From the IMG/VR virus record IMGVR_UViG_3300028888_000132: DNA of 20,000 bases. One strand, given 5' to 3'. Under the pieces are notes generated by a model. It saw only the letters and a program-made list of their open reading frames with translations. It had not been told where the DNA came from and did not search any database. Shown one piece after another: positions 1 through 8,700 of the stretch. This DNA is from an uncultured virus (IMG/VR IMGVR_UViG_3300028888_000132). Its lineage: Duplodnaviria > Heunggongvirae > Uroviricota > Caudoviricetes. The position numbers and the translations under genes were made by a program. Positions within the stretch are counted from its first letter, which is position 1. Every line of letters begins with the position of its first letter.

Positions 1-1
1 T

Positions 2-2578
2 GGCGATTTTAAAGACCTTTTCCCAAAAGATGATGAGTCAAGGTCTGAATATTTCAATAGAATTTATTCTGAGATAAGTTCCTTAGACAGCCAAATAAAG
101 ATATTAGATAAACATTCTGAGAAAGCACAAGAAGTATTGCCTGAGTTGTCTAATAAATATTCTGCCGCAGTCAACATATTCACCAAAGCACTCGGAGGTG
201 TATTGAATAATACTAAAATCGACAAAGATGCGGAAAAAGCCAAGAGAGATGCAGAGAAAGTTATGGAAGAAAAGCTCCGTCTTGCCTTAAAGGACATAAG
301 TGAATTTATTAAGGAAGAAGGTAGTAAATACAATCTGTACAAAGAGATATTGGAAGCTACTGGCAATAGCGAAGCGGCTGTTATGATGGCTTTCAAAGGG
401 AATAAGGTATTCGAGACATTGGCAGAAGAGCTTCGTGTGAAATTGGGGGAGGCTCTAAAAGAAGCAGAAATAGATAAATCTATTGGAGAAGTCTTGAATA
501 TGAATGAAATAGAATTGAATGATATTGGCATTTCTGACAAGACTGTTGCACATAAACTCATAGAAAGTATAAAGCAAGAAGAGCAATCTTTAGCTTCTGA
601 TAATGTAAAGCTATGGATTGAAGCGTATAAGAACGCACATGAGTATGACCTTGAACTCGAAAAAATCAATGTGAAATACGACAATATGAGGAAAGCTACA
701 GAAGCGATGAGGGAAAGCGTCGGTGATGAAAAGACAGACCAAATATTAGTAGGCATTGACAAGTCTGAGGCAAAAGAGACTTCCGACTTGTTATGGAAGC
801 AGTTTAAGGAAACAGAGGAATGGGGACGAGTGTTTAGTGACCTTGACAATATGAGTAGCACAACTCTCAACAATATGCTGAACAAATTACGAGATTATGC
901 ACCTACCGTAGAAGGCAGCGTTGAATCTACAAAGGCGTTGTACGAGGCTATGCAAAAAATTTCCGATTTGTTACAAGACAGAAACCCATTTGCTTCTTTA
1001 GTTGATTCTCTTAGAAGCGCATCAAGGTTAAGAGAGGAAATCAGCAGGTATCAGTCGTTTGACCCATATCATCAAATTACGTTCTCTGCTGCGAAGGCAG
1101 GTCAACTTGGTCTTACAGATGGCACGAAGGAGTGGAAAGGTACTTTAACAGAACTGAGAGACAACTTACAGAACGCTGAAAACAAGTTTGTAAAGAGCAT
1201 TAGTGGAATAGCAAATAAATTCAAGGCAGTTCAAGATGTATTGCAGCCCGTTATTGACCTCTTCGAACAACTTGGTAACACGACATTGAGCGATTTGTTT
1301 AAGATGGGTAGCAACGCCATTGGAAGTGCTGCGAGTGTAGCAAGCGGAATACAGTCAATACAAGGTCTGTTTAATGAGGATAGTCCTATTTATGACGCAA
1401 TAGGAAAAGCAGGTCCTTGGGGAGCAGCAGTAGGGGCTGGTCTCAGCTTAATCAGTTCTATTTCGGCGATGCACGACGCTTCATTGCAGAAAGAGATTGA
1501 AGCGAGCGAGGCAAGGCAAAATGAAATGGAAAACCTTTCAAAGAATCTTGAAACCGTACTTGACAGGGCTATCAATGGCATATTGGGGACAAAGGCAGAT
1601 GGAAATACATTGTCAAAACTTGCATATTATGCCGAGAAATACGCTGCTGCTAATAAAGCGAATCCGAAGACGTCAAGTCAATTCATGGATAAGCTGAATT
1701 TCAGCTATATCAGTAGAGAAACCAACAACGCCGTAAAACAAGCGTTGCAGTCAAAGAATTACTACGATTCTGTCTATGCAAGTATGTTGGCTCAGAGAGA
1801 CGAATTGGCTCATCAGTTGGAACTTGAAAAGGACAAGAAGAAGTCAGATAAAAGCAAGATAGCTGACTTTGAGCAAGCAATGACTGAAATAAACGACCAA
1901 ATCAAGTACTTTGCTACCGACATGATGAAAGACCTCTACGAAATAGATTTCAAGTCATGGGCGCAGAGTTTGTCAGAAGTGCTTGTAGATGCTTGGGCAA
2001 GCGGAGAAGATGCAGCAGAGTCATATAGGGACAAAGTTAGCGAAATACTCCGTGATTTGGGCGTTAAGATGATTGCAGAAAGGTTTGTTGCAGATAAACT
2101 GAATCCTATCATGGAGCAATTCATACGTCAGTATGAGCAAGACAAGGGTGTTCTTACTACAGACGGAATGGCTATCTTAGGAGGTATGTACGACGCAGCT
2201 TATGAGTTGCAAGAACAGACTACCAATTTCTTGAACGGTCTGAACGAAGTGGCTATGCAACACGGAGAAGAGTTGAAGGAAACGAACTCAACATCTTCGG
2301 GGCTTTCAAAGAGCATAGAAGGAGTTACTGAGAGTACAGCCGATTTGCTCGCTTCATATTTGAACGCTACGAGGGCTGATGTGTCTTTGATAGCTATGAA
2401 TATTCCTATACAAAACGGATTGGCTCAATCACAAGTGCAGCATCTTGAAAGTATTGCAAGACATACCGAAGCGATAGAGCGACATACCGCAACTATGGAG
2501 GTGTATTTGCAGAATCAAGATGGAATCCATCGTTATGTTAAAGGAATAGCTGATGGAACTTACAAAATAAGGGTATAA
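2..2578 (+). CDS. Tail tape measure protein, C-terminal part (5' end lies outside the window)
   Basis: Frame is open from position 2 (GDFKDLFPKDD...), so the TTG at 137 is not the real start. Long helical K/E/A/L-rich protein with a Gly/Ala hydrophobic stretch (GPWGAAVGAGLSLISSI) and C-terminal GLSKSIEGVTESTADLLASYLNATRADVS, as I recall from Bacteroidota phage tape measure proteins. Lies directly upstream of the tail hub gene. Confidence 0.88.
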   Translation, partial: GDFKDLFPKDDESRSEYFNRIYSEISSLDSQIKILDKHSEKAQEVLPELSNKYSAAVNIFTKALGGVLNNTKIDKDAEKAKRDAEKVMEEKLRLALKDISEFIKEEGSKYNLYKEILEATGNSEAAVMMAFKGNKVFETLAEELRVKLGEALKEAEIDKSIGEVLNMNEIELNDIGISDKTVAHKLIESIKQEEQSLASDNVKLWIEAYKNAHEYDLELEKINVKYDNMRKATEAMRESVGDEKTDQILVGIDKSEAKETSDLLWKQFKETEEWGRVFSDLDNMSSTTLNNMLNKLRDYAPTVEGSVESTKALYEAMQKISDLLQDRNPFASLVDSLRSASRLREEISRYQSFDPYHQITFSAAKAGQLGLTDGTKEWKGTLTELRDNLQNAENKFVKSISGIANKFKAVQDVLQPVIDLFEQLGNTTLSDLFKMGSNAIGSAASVASGIQSIQGLFNEDSPIYDAIGKAGPWGAAVGAGLSLISSISAMHDASLQKEIEASEARQNEMENLSKNLETVLDRAINGILGTKADGNTLSKLAYYAEKYAAANKANPKTSSQFMDKLNFSYISRETNNAVKQALQSKNYYDSVYASMLAQRDELAHQLELEKDKKKSDKSKIADFEQAMTEINDQIKYFATDMMKDLYEIDFKSWAQSLSEVLVDAWASGEDAAESYRDKVSEILRDLGVKMIAERFVADKLNPIMEQFIRQYEQDKGVLTTDGMAILGGMYDAAYELQEQTTNFLNGLNEVAMQHGEELKETNSTSSGLSKSIEGVTESTADLLASYLNATRADVSLIAMNIPIQNGLAQSQVQHLESIARHTEAIERHTATMEVYLQNQDGIHRYVKGIADGTYKIRV

Positions 2579-2591
2579 TATTTGTGTTATT

Positions 2592-2625
2592 TTTGGCGCA
2601 AATTGGAATAATTTATCTATATTTG
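2592..2625 (+). promoter_or_regulatory. Bacteroidota sigma-A-type promoter (-33 TTTG / -7 TAnnTTTG)
   Basis: TTTG at 2592-2595 and TATATTTG at 2618-2625 (followed by CA). The 22-nt spacer is slightly longer than the usual 19-21. AT-rich intergenic context. Confidence 0.65.
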
Positions 2626-2643
2626 CAACAGATATAGAAAGCC

Positions 2644-2689
2644 AAGAGCCGTAATAAGGGCAAAACCTTGTTATGGCTCTTATTTTTTT
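2644..2689 (+). terminator. Intrinsic terminator-like hairpin directly downstream of the promoter
   Basis: AAGAGCCGTAATAAGG (2644-2659) / loop GCAAAA / CCTTGTTATGGCTCTT (2666-2681): 16-bp stem with two G-U pairs, followed by ATTTTTTT. Confidence 0.75.
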
Positions 2690-2735
2690 ATGCCTATTCA
2701 GAGCATTACACGACGCAAACACAAAATAAACATAA

Positions 2736-5700
2736 ATGGGAGAATGGTTAATATACGGAAGTAATGGCGTAGCGAAGGCTACCGTAAAGAAACTCGAATA
2801 TAATGGTGAATTTATGGGCGAGACTATCGTCACTTGCGATGTATATAGCCCTTCTCCCATTTCTTTCTCAGTCGGTGATTATCTTTCCTATCGTGGAGAG
2901 AACTTTGTTATTGACTACGATGCTACAAGGAAAAAGCAATCAAGAGTAAATACTTACGGTAATGGCTTTGTTTATGAGGGGATGAAGTTCACCTCATACG
3001 TCGGAGAACTAAAGAAGTGCGATTTTCTTGATTTTGTCCTTAATGACAATCTTCAACATTATTCTCAACTACCTACATTTGACTTCTACGCTGAGACAGT
3101 AGAAGCATTGGCTAACAGAATACAAGCCAATCTGAACCGTATGTACACAGGTTCAAATGCGTGGACTGTTTCTGTTGTTAGCGGATTTGAAGGGAAGGAG
3201 AATGTCAACGTACAGATTAGCAATATAAAGTGCTTCGATGCACTAAAGATGGCATACGAGCAGTTCAATGCACAATATGTTATCAGAGGAAGGCATATCT
3301 ATATCGGTACTGCTGGAGCTTCGTTAGAGACAACTTTCAGATATGGAATCGGCAACGGCTTGAAGACTATAGAAAGGAGCGTTGATGAGAATGATTCTTT
3401 GGTGACGAGACTTCGTGCCTATGGTAATACGACCAATCTCCCATCAAACTATTATGCAAACAAGGGAAGAGGTTGCTATGCTCCTATCTTTGAAGTATAT
3501 GCTCTTTATGATAGTGGGGCAGACATACATTTCAAGCCTAAGTTTGCTAATAATTGGTTTACTGAGAAATCGGATGCAAACGGCATTAATTATTGGGTGA
3601 GTGTATCTTTAGATAAGAAACTATGGGTAGAAGGAGTAGCTTCCCCAAATGTAACCGTTTCAAGCGTTGATTTCTCTGTAGTTTCTGTTATGGCTGGTGG
3701 CAACAACACCACTGATATGTACAATGCGTTCAAGTCTCAGTTGCAGAGTGCAACTCAGAATACTAAATTGTACTTCTCAAAAGGCGTAAATTACACAAAT
3801 TGGAAAAGCGATTGGAAAGAGACAGACGAGTATATGCCTAATATGATGAGCATTGACCGTCTTATGATTCCAAGTTTCCCCGAAGAATCCACCGACCCAT
3901 ACATTGATTCTGCCAATATCTCTTCTCTTGGCATTAGGGAGAAGTCCGTTTATTTCGACGGCTCAGAAGACGAGCTTCCCGACATTCATCCTTCTATGGA
4001 AGGAATGACTGCCGCAGAATTGAGAGCGGCAGGGTATACAATCGACCTTGACCAAGGTGACAACGGCAACTTAGATGAGATTGCAGCAGACGCAACGGAG
4101 TTGGACGGTTCTGCAATAACGACAAACGGAGCGTTCGTTGAGGTGAACGAAGTACCTGGCTTTAAGGTTACTCTTAAAGACATAGGATTTGACATCAACA
4201 GTTATTTGTCAGGTGATACAGCTACTTTGTCAATGAAGAGCGGTATGTGCGGAGGTCGTGACTTTACCATAGTGAAGGTGACGAAATTGGGGAATAAGTA
4301 TGTTTTGGAATGTCAAAGAGTAGGGGATGCCAATTACTATTTCCCATACAATCCATACAATATTAAAGCAGGCGACAAATTCGTTCTTACGAATATCGAG
4401 ATGCCAAATGCCTATATTGACGCTGCTTCTCAGAGACTTCTCGTAGCCGCACAAGAATATCTTGCAAAACACTCCGTCCCTCAATGGGTTTATTCTATTA
4501 AGATGGACGACGTGTGGATGCAGAGGCAGAGGGATGATTCCGAGAGTGAATCTGAGAGCTACTATTGGAACATCAAGGAAGGTGATATAATGTCAGTGCA
4601 AGATTCTGACCTCGATATTAATGTATCTGAGGTAATAGACAAACTGACTATTCGTGAAGGTTATAGCCCTATCCCTGAGTTTGAAGTAGTTCTTCGTAAG
4701 GAGAAGCCGCAAGGGACAATAGGCGTTTTGCAGAATAGGATTAAATACCTTGAAAGGCAGAATCAGCAACAGACAAATACAATAGTAAGACAACAAGATT
4801 ATATATCTCTGATAATCGGTGATAAGCTGAACACCATTCAAGAGCAGTTAGACCATGTTCAAGTGACCTACTTCGGCGACTATGTTCCTGCTTTGAACAA
4901 CGAGCCTGCATCTACATGGGCTTCTTCCGAGTATTCCGAGCATGACGGTGATATGTTCTACAACCGCACGACGGGTAAGGGTTATGAGTTCACTTATAAG
5001 AACGGAACATGGGGATGGATAGAGATACAGGACGAGGACATCAGACAAGCCCTTGAAGAAGCTGCGGCAGCCCAAGACACGGCAGATGGTAAACGAAGAG
5101 TATTCGTCACCCCTGCTGGTACATTGCCTACCCCTCCGTATGACGAGAATGACTTGTGGGTTAATGCTACCTATCCGAGCGATTCCACTTCTACGGATGA
5201 GAGTCAGTACAAGTACTACAATGACATCTTGAAATGCGTCACTCCGAAGGCAGAAGGTGGAACGGCATCCATCAATGATTGGACTCTTGCAAGTAAATAC
5301 ACCGATGATTCAAGCCTTAACAACTTTATCAACGGAACATACGCTCAAGACCTTGCTAATGTAAGGACACAGACGGATGCTAAGGCAGAGACATGGTATC
5401 AGAGTTCAGACCCATCATCAGCATGGAATACAACGGCATTAAAGGATAGTCATTTGGGCGATATATGGCTCAACACCACACCCGATGCGAACGGAAACAC
5501 TCACACATATATCTATCGTAAGAGTGGCAATACCTATGGCTGGCAAGAGGTGAACGGAGTGCCTACTGCCGTATTCGACATGGCTGACGGTAAGGCGAGC
5601 ATATATGTTTCCAAGCCTACGAAGTACAAGAAGAATGATTTGTGGGTCATTGAAAGCTCAATATCTTCTTCCGACCTCCCAACGAACTGCGTAAAGGGTG

Positions 5701-8700
5701 ACATAGTAATATCAAGTTCAAACAGCAACTCATATAACAAGGCTCATTGGACTAAGAAAGACCGCTATACGGATGATACCTACGCCCACACTTTCGATTA
5801 TATATCGGCAGCTATCAAGGGAAAGACCGAGGTTGACGGAGGTTTGGTACTTACCAACACACTTGTTCTGCGTGATGTAGCAAATGACGGAACGCAGGGC
5901 AATATTATGTCTGGTATCAACGGCATCATTCCTAAGAGTGGAAGTACATTAGACTACACAGGCATAGCCGCATGGTACGGAGGCGAAATGATTGACAGAG
6001 AAAAGTCTGCCGTTGCCAACGCTGCCAAGTCACTCTTTAGGTTTGATGGTTCGGGTTATGTAGCAAGTGGTAATCTGAAATGGGATGCCAATGGTAATGT
6101 AACCATACAAGGCTACTCTATCAATGCAACCACACTGCAAGTTGGTGGCTCTAATGTTGCAACGGAATCGAGCATTTCCACTTTCTTTGCCAACTTCTTT
6201 GACATCTACAATGGAAGCACGCAGATAACTTATGAACAATATGTAGCCTTACAAGACAAATCCAATGTAAGTTTGAAAGCCAAGCATGGTCTTTGGACTG
6301 AGCAATTCCTGAGTGCTTTAGGAATGAATAGCCAAGGCGAGGGTGGTGGAGGAACTGGCAGTGTCAATTCCATCAAGGTAGCAACTAATACTTACCTTGA
6401 CCCAGATGCAGATGGTATCATAGATATGTCATCTTATGTAAGCACTGCTGCTGATAGGGCTAATTGGAATACGGCATATAGTCAGAGGCATACCCATAGC
6501 AACAAATCTGTATTGGATGGAATTACAAGTGCAAAGGTTACTTCGTGGGATAATGTTGCCAAGATAATGGAGGACGATGCAGATGCCATTATCAACAAGT
6601 GGGATGAGATTATTGATTTCTTGGATGGTATTCCCGACCAGTCCTCACTTGCCGAGATACTTGCTGCCAAGGCTAACACTTCTACGACAGTAACCAATGT
6701 AGCCTATTCAAGTAAGAAGCTACAGAAGACCATCAACGGCACTACAACAGATATAGTAACAGCTTCTACGCTATTTAGTGATGGTTTGCCTACCAATACC
6801 ACCAAGAACTATGTATTTGCTGCTCCTTCCAGTGCTGCTGGTACACCTACATTCCGTGCATTGGTCTATGCTGACCTGCCAAGTCTTTACATAGGCAAGA
6901 CACAAGTACAATCCACATCAGCCAATCAAGCAATGACAGGCATTACTTCCATAGATGCACTGGCATACTTTGATATGACTAACTCAAGGGTGGGCATAGG
7001 CACATCTTCTCCAAGCTATAAACTCCATGTAAACGGTTACACATCTACCACAAGATTATACTTGTCAAGCAGTGTATATCTTGAATACGATTCCACAAAT
7101 AGCGGTATTCATGTAGTAGGTGCTGGCTTGTATAGTGATTCTTATATATCAGCATTAGGTAGCAATTCAAGCGGTGGTGGTTCATCTACATTTGATGAGG
7201 CACAAATGTGGACAGCTTTGCAATCTACCTCTGGTACTTATGGAAGTGAGAAGATAGCCACTACGCATATCCCCGACATGGCTTCTACCTATGGCTATTT
7301 AAAGGCTTCTTCACTTAATGGCTATGCTACACAGACTTGGGTAAATCAACAAGGATTCCTCACTACACATCAGACACTCTATACACTGTCTATCTATGGT
7401 GGCACAACAAAGGTGTTGGACTTCAAGCCTAATGCCAATGCAAGCATATACATCAAGGCAGGAGGTGACATTTCTCTTACCAATGATACCACAAACAAGT
7501 ATATTACATTAAGCTATACTCATCCTACCAATGGTGCTAATACAACTATTTCGGCAGCAAGTGGAAAGGTACTAAGTGCCATTACAGTCAACAATCTTGG
7601 TCATGTAACATCAGTTTCAAGCAAGACTTTGGTATCTGCTGATATTCCCGATTTAAGCGGTACTTATGCCACTGCTGCAAGGGCTACTACTTTAGAGGGG
7701 TATTTCACCAATGGAGTTGCCAATACTGCTGCCAAGCTGAACACAGGCACTACAACATATACAGCATGGGGGCAGACTTATTGGTCAAGTGGTGTTCCTC
7801 AGTCTATCAGTGGCAACATGACATCAGTAGGCTCTATTACCCCATCTGCCAATGGCAATGCTCTTGGTACTACATCAGCAAGGTTCAACATCTATGGTAC
7901 TGCTGGTAACTTCAGTGGTAATGTATCAATAGGCGGCACATTGGGAGTTACTGGTGCCACTACATTGACAGGCTTGCTTACTGCTAATGGCGGTATAGTA
8001 GTTCCTTCATCCAAGACAATCAAGATAGGTGATTGCACAATCTCATGGGATAGCACCAACTCAATGCTTAAATTCGATACTGGCATCTATTCCACAGGTG
8101 CTGTTTCTGCTTTAGGCAGTAACTCAAGTGGTGGTGGTAGTGGTACATTTGACGAAGAAGCTATGTGGGTAGCTTTGGGTACTACAATAACAGCTAAAGT
8201 TATTGCTTCAAGCCATATCCCTAATTTATCATGGGCTAAGATTACAAGTGGCAAGCCTGCTACCCTCAGTGGCTATGGCATATCAGATGCCTACACCAAG
8301 ACGCAGGTAGATACTGCTCTTAGTGGGTATCTGCCTTTGAGTGGTGGAAATATGACAGGCAACATCACTTTCGCAAGTAATACAGGTTTCTATGCAAAAG
8401 ATACTGGTGGCACATCCCGTCTTGCAATGAAATTGGATGGAACAGATAACTTATTGATTGGTTACGGCACATCTATAGGAGGTTCTAATACATACATTGA
8501 TGGCAACACTGTCTATATCAGATATGGGACTTCACATACAACAGGTATTACTCTTGCATCTGGTGGCAATGTTACCATAGCAAATAGATTATTAGTTAAT
8601 GAAATAACTGCTACAAATAGTGAGGGGTTACTGGTGTATAAACCTTCATCTGGGTGGGGTGGAATATCAAATACGCAATGGGGTGCTGGCTCTGCTGACT

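Noticed and set aside
64..885. 273-aa minus-strand ORF and other antisense ORFs in the track
   Set aside because: Shadow frames of well-supported plus-strand genes, with S/L/F-rich composition and no recognisable motifs.
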